Assembly: GCA_965197645.1 (NCBI GenBank)
Contig: OZ240219.1
Coordinates: forward strand, 2,912,001 to 2,976,000
Origin: Dehalococcoidia bacterium
Lineage (GTDB): Bacteria > Chloroflexota > Dehalococcoidia > Plut-88900
DNA: 64,000 nt
Reading direction: 5' to 3'
Shown: in pieces, positions 10,094 to 19,339 of the stretch
How positions within the stretch are numbered: the first letter of the stretch is position 1
Layout: each line of letters opens with the position of its first letter
The notes under the pieces: model-generated
Told to the model about the DNA's origin: nothing
The model's input: the letters and a program-made list of their open reading frames with translations, nothing else
Databases searched by the model: none
Program-made: the position numbers and the translations under genes

Positions 10094-11326
10094 CTAGGCC
10101 ACCCCTTCTTCTTCTAAGGCACGCACCTGCTCCTCCGAGTAGCCCAGAATCTCGTTCAGCACCTCTGCGGTGTGCTGGCCCAGAACGGGGGCAGCCGTTA
10201 TCTCCGTCGGCGAGTCGGACAGCTTTATCGGAGACCCTATCATCTTCCATTCCCCGCGGTCCGGGTGCTCCATCGTCGCCAGCATCCCCCGAGCCTCGAC
10301 GTGGGGGTCCGAAAACAGGTCCTTACCGTTCAACACGGCGCCTGCCACCACCCCCTGGGAAGCCAGGGTGTTCATCACCTCGTACTTGGTGTGCTGGAGG
10401 GTCCACTTCTCGACCAGTGCGTCCACCTCGTCCTTGCGCTGGAACCGCAGCTCGGCCGTGGCGTACCTTTCGTCTCCTATCAGGTCCTCCCGGCCCATGA
10501 TCTTCAGCAGTTGGTTCCAGGAGTCGGAGATGCTCTCGGTGGCGTAGACGTAGCAGTAATCGTCGAGTCCGCCGGGTTTGCAGCGGTACATCCGCGAGGG
10601 AGCGGCGCCCCAGCCATCGTGTCCCTTTCTGGCGACCCCATCCGGGTCGTGGTAGTACCACATCAGCGCTACCCGGCTGAAGTTGAACACCGAGTCCTGC
10701 ATCGCAACCTCCACCACCTGTCCTTTGCCCGTCCGCTCCCTCTGCAGCAGCGCCGCCGTCACACCCAGCGCGGCGTGATACCCGGTGCCGATGTCACCAA
10801 TCGAGGTGCCGTTGGGCATCGGCGGCTGGTCCGGCTCACCGTTGGTGGCGTAGGACCCTCCCGTGGCCTGGGCTATCATGTCGAAGCTCTTGTATCCGCT
10901 GTAAGGGCCCCAGGTACCGAACCCTTTGACCCGACCCAGGACTATTCGAGGGTTGATTTCCGATAGGACCTCGTACCCCAAACCCAGCCTCTCCAGCGTG
11001 CCCGGCCCCTGGTTCTCCGCGACTACGTCAGCGTTTTTCACGAGATCGAAGAATATCTTCTTGCCCTTCTCCGTCTTGAGGTTGAGGGTGATGCTCCGCT
11101 TGTTGGAGTTGAGGATCATGAAGTAAGGGCTGTCGATGTCCGGCTTATCTTGGGTCGCCACTCGACCCGGGTCTCCCCGTCCGGGCGACTCCACCTTAAT
11201 CACGTCGGCGCCCAGCCACGCTAACGCCTGGGTAAAGGATGTCCCCGCCTCCCACTGGGTCAGGTCTATGACCCTTATGCCCGATAACGCCTTCCCTGCC
11301 TGTTCCATGCCCTTCTCCCTTCTCAT
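10094..11326 (-). CDS. CaiB/BaiF class III CoA transferase (formyl-CoA transferase-like)
   Basis: LAWLGADVIKVE, NSNKRSITLNLK, FDMIAQATGG, APVLGQHT motifs. Confidence 0.92.
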   Translation of the reverse strand: MRREKGMEQAGKALSGIRVIDLTQWEAGTSFTQALAWLGADVIKVESPGRGDPGRVATQDKPDIDSPYFMILNSNKRSITLNLKTEKGKKIFFDLVKNADVVAENQGPGTLERLGLGYEVLSEINPRIVLGRVKGFGTWGPYSGYKSFDMIAQATGGSYATNGEPDQPPMPNGTSIGDIGTGYHAALGVTAALLQRERTGKGQVVEVAMQDSVFNFSRVALMWYYHDPDGVARKGHDGWGAAPSRMYRCKPGGLDDYCYVYATESISDSWNQLLKIMGREDLIGDERYATAELRFQRKDEVDALVEKWTLQHTKYEVMNTLASQGVVAGAVLNGKDLFSDPHVEARGMLATMEHPDRGEWKMIGSPIKLSDSPTEITAAPVLGQHTAEVLNEILGYSEEQVRALEEEGVA

Positions 11327-11425
11327 CGAATAGCGTTCTCGATGCCCGACTCGCAGGTTGTCAGATTATCAAAACTCGTTACCACACACAACCGGGGTTA
11401 ATCAGGGTACTGAAAAACCTTTCGC

Positions 11426-11560
11426 GACCATCCCCCTTAGCCCCCATCCTGGCCAGGAAGGGGGCAGAAGTAAAGATTGTTTCTGAGGGACACCCCTTCG
11501 GCTGGCTCAGGGCAGGCTCTCAGGCTCCCGGCAAAAGGGCTTCGCCCCTCTGCACACCCC
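11426..11560. repeat. Repeat family A, copy 2, with a nested ~24-nt mini-hairpin insertion
   Basis: Same ends as copy 1; CCTTCGGCTGGCTCAGGGCAGGCT inserted in the second hairpin. Confidence 0.88.
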
Positions 11561-11743
11561 AACCGAGAGATGCGCTGGCTGCACGGGCCCACGCGTGCTC
11601 TGCAGCGCTAGGGGCCTGCGGGCCTGGTCGTGAATTGACGGTGTAGGTGGGCAAAACTACAATGGGCTCAACGTCGTCATCAGCATAAATGCCTTGATTA
11701 TCCCGTAGGGTGGCATCGTTATTCTTTGGGGGCCGCATAGAAA

Positions 11744-12046
11744 ATGGAACTGATAACGATTGCCGGACTACTCGCGAACGCATCGTGGGCTGTGAGCAAC
11801 GCGGTGGACTTGGCCGGCAAGATTCGTAAACGCGGCAAGGGTAAGGCCGACCTGGCCGAGCGCGTCCAGGAACTAGAGCAGGACGCCCAAGCCACGGCTG
11901 ATCTGATGGCTCAAAACGCCCAAACGATCAATGCGCTGGCAGTCCGGCTCGACGCCACGTACCGCAGGGTCAGGATGCTCACCGCAGCCACCGGCGTCTT
12001 GGCCCTTACAGCGATAGCCGCACTCGTGACGGCAGTGATCCTGTGA
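11744..12046 (+). CDS. Small coiled-coil protein with a C-terminal TM helix
   Basis: ATG start, heptad-like LAERVQELEQ, hydrophobic C-terminus. Confidence 0.65.
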   Translation: MELITIAGLLANASWAVSNAVDLAGKIRKRGKGKADLAERVQELEQDAQATADLMAQNAQTINALAVRLDATYRRVRMLTAATGVLALTAIAALVTAVIL

Positions 12047-12159
12047 TGGAATTTTGCGATGAGCGGCATGCTTCAAGAGGGTGGCACTACAGTGGTCCCG
12101 AACTCTACATGGATGCAAGAGAGCAAACCATGAAAGGACCTGCTGCGTAAGGAGTAGCG

Positions 12160-12375
12160 ATGTCGGAACCGAATGAAATAACCGCCGCTAAGATCATGGC
12201 TGCGGCGTCGATGGCCTCTACTTTCTTGACCATTTCGACGGTTGAGGGCATGTCCATGACGGGTAGTGACGGTAAGCGCATTAAGACATTCGATATGCAG
12301 TTCGCCCTGGACCTCTTTTATAGGGCGTACCAAGGGGTATCTCAAATCGTTGATCAAGAGGAACCGGGCGAATGA
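12160..12375 (+). CDS. Hypothetical small protein
   Basis: AAGGAG SD upstream of the ATG; 71 aa. Confidence 0.6.
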   Translation: MSEPNEITAAKIMAAASMASTFLTISTVEGMSMTGSDGKRIKTFDMQFALDLFYRAYQGVSQIVDQEEPGE

Positions 12376-12541
12376 ACCACTCCACCAGACAACCCAACCC
12401 CGGCTCCTGGGAGCTAACCATAGACCTAGTGAGCAACCCTTCGGCAAAAGCGGGGCACCAGCCGGACAGCAGTAGTGGGAGGTAAGTGATGGCACAACTG
12501 GATTTCCAGGCGTCGGAGGAGGGCTCCTCAACTCCTTCGAC
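12373..12541 (+). pseudogene. Decayed duplicate of the promoter and 5' end of the LLM gene at 13164
   Basis: Aligns to 13043-13220 (TGAACCACTCC...GGGAGGTAAGTGATGGCACA.CTGGATTT..GCGTCGGA.GAGGGCT); MMAQLDFQASEEG vs MMAHLDFAASEEG, then loses frame. Confidence 0.8.
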
Positions 12542-12614
12542 TGGCGCGGCTGTCCCTAAAACCGGGAGGTGGAGCTACGGGCCCGGAAGGGGGGAGAAAA
12601 GAGAAAGTCAAGCC

Positions 12615-12755
12615 ATGAAATGCCCGTACTGCGAGCACGAGATCACTGAGTTCGCGTCCGAGTACAGTTATGCCCAAGCGGAAATCATCGTGGTCGTGAT
12701 GTGCCCGCACTGTAGAAAAATCCTCGGCATCGTCAACCATGACTGCGAGGACTAG
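12615..12755 (+). CDS. Small zinc-ribbon protein (CxxC...CxxC)
   Basis: MKCPYC...MCPHCRKILG, 46 aa. Confidence 0.7.
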   Translation: MKCPYCEHEITEFASEYSYAQAEIIVVVMCPHCRKILGIVNHDCED

Positions 12756-12817
12756 AGCGGTGTGGAATTCACCATGAAAGGTGAGTGAGGCCGGCCGTGA
12801 GGGGCGGAATATCGGCG

Positions 12818-13045
12818 GTGGAATTCTGGGTCTACGAGAACTGCCCGACCAACAAGGCAATGGTCCACGAGGCATCTTGTCCGCATTGCAATCATGGGCG
12901 AGGCGTTCGCGGCGTGCAAGACTCGCCTAACGGCATATGGCACGGCCCCTTCTCCGGGGCCAGGGAAGCTAGCGACATGGCCAGCAGGACGGGCCGCCGG
13001 ACGGTTCGAGGCTGTAAGCACTGTATGGAAACCTACGTACTGTGA
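12818..13045 (+). CDS. Small Cys/His-rich putative zinc-binding protein
   Basis: FWVYEN...VHEASCPHCNHG...WHGPF...CKHC; GTG start inferred. Confidence 0.65.
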   Translation: MEFWVYENCPTNKAMVHEASCPHCNHGRGVRGVQDSPNGIWHGPFSGAREASDMASRTGRRTVRGCKHCMETYVL

Positions 13046-13163
13046 ACCACTCCTCCAGAAAACCCAACCCGGCTCCCGGGAGCTTATAATAGACTTGGCA
13101 GTACTCTCTCGGAAAACACAATCGGCGTGTGGGTCAGAACCGGACGGCAGTAATGGGAGGTAA

Positions 13164-14267
13164 GTGATGGCACACCTGGATTTTGCAGCGTCGGAAGAGG
13201 GCTTTTTCAACTTCTTCGATGATGTTCCCGAGGCCGCGGACCGATACGATGCTCTGATCCGCGAGATACAGCTGGAGGATGAGCTAGGGTTCAAGTACCA
13301 CTTCACCATCGAGCATCAGAACGTCTATTTCGGCCAGATTCAGTCTCCCATGGTCTGGCTGGCCGCCCTGGCCAGGCATACCAGCAAGATAAGGTTCGCC
13401 CAGATGGTGCTGGCCACCCCCTTCTATCATCCCATGCACTTCGCCATGGATGCGGCCATGGTCGACCAACTATCTAGAGGCCGGCTGGAGGTTGGGGTGG
13501 GCCTGGGAGCGTATGAGTACGAGGCGGACCGGTGGAACCTGCCCTACTCCGAGCGGCGAGAGAGGTTCCCCGAGTTCATGGAGATTGTGAAGAAGGCGTG
13601 GACCCAGGAATGCGTCAACCACGATGGGAAATACTGGCAGTTGCACAATGCCATCGCCGTGCCGAGACCTTACCAGAAACCCCACCCGCCTCTATGGTTC
13701 GCGGGCCGCAGCAGGGCCTCGCTGGAGTGGGCCGCCGCCAACAATGCCAATCTCGGCTACTTCCTGGAGCCCGACGAAAAGATAGCCAAGGTGTTCCAGG
13801 AGTACAGAGATATCTGCAGGGAAGCCGGACATACCGATGAGACCATGCCGTTGAACTACATGTTCCGGGCCGTCTACGTCGCTGATACGGACGAGCAGGC
13901 ATACGAGGAGGTTGCTCCCTATCTGCCGAAGGCCTACTCCTGGGGCCAGGAGAAGTACCCCTGGATGGAGAACCTTGGAAACTTTCAAAGGGAGAAGGGA
14001 CAACCGAGCGGCTATATGTTCAGAGGTTCCAAGACGGGAATCGATTTCTGGCTGGACAATAACATCGCCTACGTGGGCAGCCCGGAGACGGTCATTCAGC
14101 GGATCAGAGAATCACAGACACTCGTGGGATACAACGTCTTCGGGGCCAGGTTCCGGTTCGGAGCAATGTCCGATGAGAAGGTGTTGAACTCCCTGCGGCT
14201 GTTCGGGGAAGAGGTCATGCCGGCCTTTTCCCGGGCACCGGAACCCGTCCCGGTCGCCAACGGCTAG
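13164..14267 (+). CDS. LLM class (luciferase-like) flavin-dependent monooxygenase
   Basis: EHQ, DQLSRGRLEVGVG, PRPYQKPHPPLW, GSPETV motifs; upstream TATAAT and GGAGGT SD. Confidence 0.92.
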   Translation: MMAHLDFAASEEGFFNFFDDVPEAADRYDALIREIQLEDELGFKYHFTIEHQNVYFGQIQSPMVWLAALARHTSKIRFAQMVLATPFYHPMHFAMDAAMVDQLSRGRLEVGVGLGAYEYEADRWNLPYSERRERFPEFMEIVKKAWTQECVNHDGKYWQLHNAIAVPRPYQKPHPPLWFAGRSRASLEWAAANNANLGYFLEPDEKIAKVFQEYRDICREAGHTDETMPLNYMFRAVYVADTDEQAYEEVAPYLPKAYSWGQEKYPWMENLGNFQREKGQPSGYMFRGSKTGIDFWLDNNIAYVGSPETVIQRIRESQTLVGYNVFGARFRFGAMSDEKVLNSLRLFGEEVMPAFSRAPEPVPVANG

Positions 14268-14289
14268 CAGCGGGCTAGACCCATTTCGC

Positions 14290-14420
14290 GACCATCCCCC
14301 TGGCCCCCTTCCTGGCCAGGAAGGGGGGAAAGATTAAGATAGTTTCTGAGGGACACCCTCAGACTCCCGGCCCCCAGCAGGCAGTCTCAGAAGAATTTGC
14401 TCCGCCCCTCTGCACACCCC
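14290..14420. repeat. Repeat family A, copy 3
   Basis: Near-identical 5' hairpins to copy 1; different insert before GCCCCTCTGCACACCCC. Confidence 0.88.
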
Positions 14421-14490
14421 TTGTTCCATCCCCGGTACGATTAGCCCCTACCCCTTTCCGGTCTGTACGAATTTGGGGGGCGGGGAGCCG

Positions 14491-14660
14491 CCGGATGCAA
14501 TCCGGGGTGGGCGGGAGGGGAAAACCACCTGGAGTGGGGGACCCAACTGTACGGCCTGGCTAGATTGCCACGCCCCGACTTCGTCGGGTCTCGCAATGAC
14601 GAGGCCGTCGTTGCGAGTGACGGGGGAGTTCGCTCTGATAGAGGTCGAGGTGAGCGAAGC
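14491..14660. repeat. Repeat family B (REP/REPIN-like), copy 1
   Basis: 46-nt core 14556-14601 identical to 18937-18982; flanks also homologous. Confidence 0.88.
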
Positions 14661-14662
14661 CT

Positions 14663-15088
14663 CTATTCCCCCAACATCACACTATCGACCTCCAGATCCT
14701 CGTGCCGCCCGCCCGGCGCCCAGCCTACGATGATCGCCCTCAGAGGTTCGTCGCTGGTCACCCGCATGGCGTGGGACATGTTGGGAGGGCAATAAGTTAC
14801 CGTTCCGGCTTCCGCCATAAAGGTCTCGTCTCCCCACTCGCATTCGGCCGTTCCGCTCAAGATGATGTAGGTCTCCGGCCTAGGGTGCGCGTGGGCGCCG
14901 TAGTTGGTACCCGGATCCAACATGAAACCCGCCACTGAGAGGTCCTTGTCCTGTATCTCCCCGTCCGGGCCGATGATCGACTTCACGTACATCCCATCCA
15001 ACAACGATTGGGGATAGTTGCTGTACGAAGGCATCTTGGCTAGCTCGTAACCATTGACGTAGTACTTTCCCTTCTTATCATTTGCCAT
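14663..15088 (-). CDS. Cupin domain protein
   Basis: HAHPRPETYIILSG and PPNMSHAM cupin motifs. Confidence 0.88.
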   Translation of the reverse strand: MANDKKGKYYVNGYELAKMPSYSNYPQSLLDGMYVKSIIGPDGEIQDKDLSVAGFMLDPGTNYGAHAHPRPETYIILSGTAECEWGDETFMAEAGTVTYCPPNMSHAMRVTSDEPLRAIIVGWAPGGRHEDLEVDSVMLGE

Positions 15089-15126
15089 GATTAGACTCCT
15101 TTACGATTGCTGCCGTCTCGCGCTCT

Positions 15127-15936
15127 CTACTCCCCCTGGCATCGAGGGCAAAAATAGGTGCCCCTGCCCCTTACCACGATCCTCTGGATCTGCGTACTGC
15201 ACCTGGAGCAGCTCTCTCCCGCCGTCCGGGGCACAATGAACACCTCATTCCCCAGGGCCTCAGTGGGCGGAACATCCGGCGGAAGGTCCACGCTCAGCTT
15301 TTCGATGGCATCGCTGAGGATCTTCCGAATCGAACCGTGAACAGCCTCAATCTCCCCTTTGTCCAGGTCTCTGCCCGGCCTCAATGGGTGTATCCCCGTA
15401 TCGAACAGGATGTCGTCGGCGTAGATGTTGCCGATGCCCGCTATAAGGTTCTGCTCCAGCAGCAGCGCCTTCATGGGAGCGCTTCTCCCGGCCAGAATTT
15501 CAGCTAGGACGTTTGGCCTGAAGCTCTCCTCCAGAGGCTCCGGGCCCAGTTTGCCCACCACCGAGTCCACGTTGGAGACCAGCCACATCGCTCCGAACTT
15601 ACGGGGATCGACAAACCGCAGCTGGCGCCGGTTGTCCAGCTGAAAAATCGTCTGGGTGTACCGGTTCATCTCCTCGTTGTCCGGCACCACCCGCAACGAT
15701 CCGGTCATCCGCAGGTGGACCAGCAGCGTGTCTTCTCCGTCGAGATGGAACAGGAAGTACTTAGCCCGACGCCCTATGCCCTCGATTTTCGCCCCCGGTA
15801 GGGCCTCCTGGAACTCCCCGGCCGATGGTTCCTTGACCGCATTGGGCCAGTTGAGGGTCACAACGGTGAAAACACGTCCGACAAGGTCAGGCTCTATCTT
15901 TCGTCTCATCGCCTCAACGTCGGGCAGCTCGGGCAT
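15127..15936 (-). CDS. mutM: Formamidopyrimidine-DNA glycosylase
   Basis: MPELPDVE start, RRAKY, HLRMTG, GIGNIYAD, C-terminal zinc finger. Confidence 0.97.
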   Translation of the reverse strand: MPELPDVEAMRRKIEPDLVGRVFTVVTLNWPNAVKEPSAGEFQEALPGAKIEGIGRRAKYFLFHLDGEDTLLVHLRMTGSLRVVPDNEEMNRYTQTIFQLDNRRQLRFVDPRKFGAMWLVSNVDSVVGKLGPEPLEESFRPNVLAEILAGRSAPMKALLLEQNLIAGIGNIYADDILFDTGIHPLRPGRDLDKGEIEAVHGSIRKILSDAIEKLSVDLPPDVPPTEALGNEVFIVPRTAGESCSRCSTQIQRIVVRGRGTYFCPRCQGE

Positions 15937-18672
15937 CTAGTCCATCTCTCCCCAGTTCATGCCCGTCTTGACGTCCACCTTCACCGGCACCTTCAACTCC
16001 AGGGCGTTGGGCATCACCTCCTTTGCCAGGACCGCCATGTCCTCCAACTCCTCTTTCGGCACCTCGAAGATAAGCTCGTCGTGGACCTGGAGCAGCATCT
16101 TGCTGCGCATCTTGGCATCGTCCATGCGGTCCTGTATCTTGACCATCGCCAGTTTGAGCATCTCGGCGGACGTGCCCTGAATCGGCATATTTATGGCCAT
16201 CCGCTCAGCGCCCATGCGCACGTTCATGTTGGACGAGTTGATCTCCGGGAAGTACCGGCGCCGACCCAGCACCGTCTCCACGTAACCCTGGTGCTTGGCC
16301 TGCTTCTTCGTTACCTCCATGTAGTCCTTCACGCCCGGGTACTTCTCAAAGTAGCCGTCGATGAACGCGCTGGCCTCCTCTCGAGACAGCTCCGTTCGGG
16401 ACGCCAACCCGTACCCGCTTATCCCGTACACTATGCCGAAGTTGATAACCTTGGCTATTCGCCGCTGGTCCGCCGTCACGTCGTCCAGGGGCGCGCTGAA
16501 AACGTGGGACGCTGTGGAGGCGTGAATGTCCTCGCCGTCCTGGAACGCTTTGACCAGGGCCGGGTCCTCCGATATGTGCGCCAACACCCGGAGGTCTATC
16601 TGCGAGTAGTCCGCCGCCATCAACAGCCAGTCCGGCGCTCCCTCGGCGACGAAGGCGTTGCGCACCTGGCCGCCAAGGTCGGTGCGAACGGGTATGTTCT
16701 GCAGGTTGGGATCGTTGCTGGAGACCCGCCCGGTCACCGAGCCCGTCTGGTTGAAGGTGGTGTGCACCCTGCCGGTGTCTGGGTTGACCAGGACCGGTAG
16801 AGCGTCAAGGTAGGTGGACTTCAGCTTCGATATCTGCCGGTACTCCAGCAGGTACTCCGCAATGGGGTGCACCCCCCTCAAGCTCTCCAACACCGATGCA
16901 TCGGTGGAGAAGCCGGTCTTGGTCCGTTTGGCGTTGGGCAGCTCCAGCTCCTTGAACAGAACGTCGCCCAGCTGTTTTGTCGAGTTGATGTTGAATTGGT
17001 GTCCGATGGAGTCGTAGATGGCGGCTTCCAGCTCCATCATCCGGTTGCCCAGCTCTACGGACATCACGCTCAGCAGCTCGACGTCCATGGCGATGCCGTG
17101 TCGCTGCATTCTCACCATCACGGGCACCAGCGGCATCTCCACGTTGGGCATCAGGTTCCAAAGCTCCTGCCCCTTGAGCTCCTCTTCGAACATCCTGGCG
17201 AGCCTGAGGGCGATGTCGGCGTCGGCGGCTGCATACGGCGATGCATCCTCTATCGCCACCTGATCCATCGTTATCTGCTTCTTACCCGTCCCGATGAGAT
17301 GGGAGATAGGGGTCATCTCGATGCCCAGCCGCTCAAAGGAGAGGGGCTTCAAGCCCAACGCCTTCTGACCCGCCAGCGCGGCGCCGATCATGCTGTCCAT
17401 CGAAAGGTTCTTCACCGAGATGCCGTAGTTGGCCAGGACCATCATGTCATAGTTGGCGTTGTGGGCCGTTTTCTCAATCGAGTCATCCTCGAACAGCGGC
17501 TTGATCTTCCCCAGCACCAGCTCCATGGGAAGCTGCACGCCCTCCCGGTGGCCCACCGGGATATATACCGACCTGCCCGGCTCCACCGACATCGAGACCC
17601 CCACCAGCTTGGCTTGCATTGCGTCCAGGCTCGTGGTCTCAGTGTCGAAGGCGAAATACCCCGCTTCCTCAACCTCCTCTACCAGACGGTCCAGCTCCGA
17701 TTCATCCGTCAGTGTGGTGTAGTCCACCTCCGACACCTGCTCTTCGACACCCCCGACGTCTTCAGCTCCTTCACCGCCGGGCAGCCGGGGCAACAGACTG
17801 GAGAACTCCAGCTCTCGGAACAGGTCGACTACCGCCTCCCTCGAGTAGGCAGTCCTCTCACACTGGGACAGGTCCATCTCTATAGGCACGTTGGTCACAA
17901 TCCTGGCCAGCTCCACCGATTGCCTTGCCTGCTGCTCGTACTCCCTCAGCTTCCCTTGGATCCTGGGCGGTTTCACTTCGTCCAGGTGCTCATAGATGTC
18001 ATCGACGGTCCCGAACTGCTGTATCAGCTTCGCCGCCGTCTTGTCGCCGATGCCGGGCACCCCGGGTATGTTGTCCGAGGTATCCCCCTTCAGTCCTTTG
18101 AAATCGGCGATCTGCTTGGGGGTCACGCCGTACCGTTCGAATACCTTGTTCTCATCGTAGAGCACGGTATCGCTGAACATGCCCCGGGGCAGTAGGGCCT
18201 TCACCCGCGAGGTTATGAGCTGCACCTCATCGGTATCTCCGGTCAGAATGATGGTATCGATGTCCTGGTCAGTGGCCAGTCGAGCCAATGTCCCCAGGAT
18301 GTCGTCCGCCTCGAACCCGTCCATCTCGAACGATGGTATGCCGAAGGCATCCACCAGCTCCCTGATCCGCTTGAACTGGACCCGAAGCTCGTCCGGCGAT
18401 TTATCTCTATTGGCCTTGTATTCCTCGTACTGCAGGTGCCTGAACGTGGGCGTGGGCCTATCGAAGGCGATGGCGCAGTGGGTGGGCTTCAGATCGGCGA
18501 GCACTTTCAACAGGGCGCTGGCAAACCCGTAAACGGCGCCCACCGGTTCCCCGGTCCGGTTTATCGTCAGCGGAGGCAGGGCATGGAACGCCCGATGCAC
18601 CAGGGCGTGGCCGTCCATCAGCATCAACAGCGGTTTTCTCGTGAGCATCCCTTGCTTCTCGGCATCGGCCAT
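15937..18672 (-). CDS. polA: DNA polymerase I
   Basis: 5'-3' exonuclease (DGHALVHRAFHA, EADD), FDTETT, SSNDPNLQNIP, DYSQI, LLQVHDEL. Confidence 0.98.
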   Translation of the reverse strand: MADAEKQGMLTRKPLLMLMDGHALVHRAFHALPPLTINRTGEPVGAVYGFASALLKVLADLKPTHCAIAFDRPTPTFRHLQYEEYKANRDKSPDELRVQFKRIRELVDAFGIPSFEMDGFEADDILGTLARLATDQDIDTIILTGDTDEVQLITSRVKALLPRGMFSDTVLYDENKVFERYGVTPKQIADFKGLKGDTSDNIPGVPGIGDKTAAKLIQQFGTVDDIYEHLDEVKPPRIQGKLREYEQQARQSVELARIVTNVPIEMDLSQCERTAYSREAVVDLFRELEFSSLLPRLPGGEGAEDVGGVEEQVSEVDYTTLTDESELDRLVEEVEEAGYFAFDTETTSLDAMQAKLVGVSMSVEPGRSVYIPVGHREGVQLPMELVLGKIKPLFEDDSIEKTAHNANYDMMVLANYGISVKNLSMDSMIGAALAGQKALGLKPLSFERLGIEMTPISHLIGTGKKQITMDQVAIEDASPYAAADADIALRLARMFEEELKGQELWNLMPNVEMPLVPVMVRMQRHGIAMDVELLSVMSVELGNRMMELEAAIYDSIGHQFNINSTKQLGDVLFKELELPNAKRTKTGFSTDASVLESLRGVHPIAEYLLEYRQISKLKSTYLDALPVLVNPDTGRVHTTFNQTGSVTGRVSSNDPNLQNIPVRTDLGGQVRNAFVAEGAPDWLLMAADYSQIDLRVLAHISEDPALVKAFQDGEDIHASTASHVFSAPLDDVTADQRRIAKVINFGIVYGISGYGLASRTELSREEASAFIDGYFEKYPGVKDYMEVTKKQAKHQGYVETVLGRRRYFPEINSSNMNVRMGAERMAINMPIQGTSAEMLKLAMVKIQDRMDDAKMRSKMLLQVHDELIFEVPKEELEDMAVLAKEVMPNALELKVPVKVDVKTGMNWGEMD

Positions 18673-18888
18673 TCCGACCACCTCCGGCGGATATCTACTA
18701 CCTATCAGGCCCTCTCCCGGAACTCCGCGATTATAGCACCGCCCCTACCCCCACCCAAAGCTGGTAGAGTCCATCGCGGGCTTGCCCCAGGTGCAAACCG
18801 GCACGAATATGATCGGGAGGGCAACTCCTATTTGCGCTCATACATTGGTCCTCCTCCCGGCTGTGTAAAGCTGAGGGAGGAGAGCCTA

Positions 18889-19070
18889 CGGATGGAATCC
18901 GGGGTGGGAAGAACTCTGCAGGCTCAACGGCCAGAACTGGCTAGATTGCCACGCCCCGACTTCGTCGGGTCTCGCAATGACGGGGGTACGGACTCGGGCG
19001 AACATTGTCCGTCGTTGCGAGCGATCAGGGAGTTCGTCCTGAGGGGAGTGGAAGAAAGCGAAGCAACCTG
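18889..19070. repeat. Repeat family B, copy 2
   Basis: Shares CGGATG.AATCCGGGGTGGG, the 46-nt core and CCGTCGTTGCGAG...AGCGAAGC with copy 1. Confidence 0.88.
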
Positions 19071-19091
19071 GGGTGGGTGGGAGAGTTGTTG

Positions 19092-19166
19092 CTGAGGGAC
19101 ATCCCTTCGGCGGGCTCAGGACAGGCTCTCAAACTCCGGGTAAAGGAGCTTCACCTCTGCGCATCC
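19092..19166. repeat. Repeat family A, partial copy 4, with nested mini-element
   Basis: CTGAGGGACATCCCTTCGGCGGGCTCAGGACAGGCTCTCAAACTCC...CCTCTGCGCATCC. Confidence 0.75.
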
Positions 19167-19189
19167 GAATGGAGAGTCCTGGGCAACCC

Positions 19190-19222
19190 TTGACGAACCC
19201 GTACATTCAACCTAAATTATGT
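19190..19222 (+). promoter_or_regulatory. Putative arsM promoter TTGACG-17-TAAATT with an ACAT-N12-ATGT inverted repeat
   Basis: Hexamers at 19190-19195 and 19213-19218; the inverted repeat overlaps the -10. Confidence 0.45.
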
Positions 19223-19339
19223 TTAGCACCATCTGCGACATCCGCGATTGATGCAGACCGGATGTCCGTACAAAAGGGACAGTCGATATCCGGCGCCGGA
19301 GGCCTGTTCGCCCCGGTCGGCTGACAAGGAGGGACGGTT

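Noticed and set aside
11744-13045. Integron cassette array
   Set aside because: No attC-like RYYYAAC...GTTRRRY sites or intI gene; the repeated segment is explained by a duplicated LLM gene 5' region.
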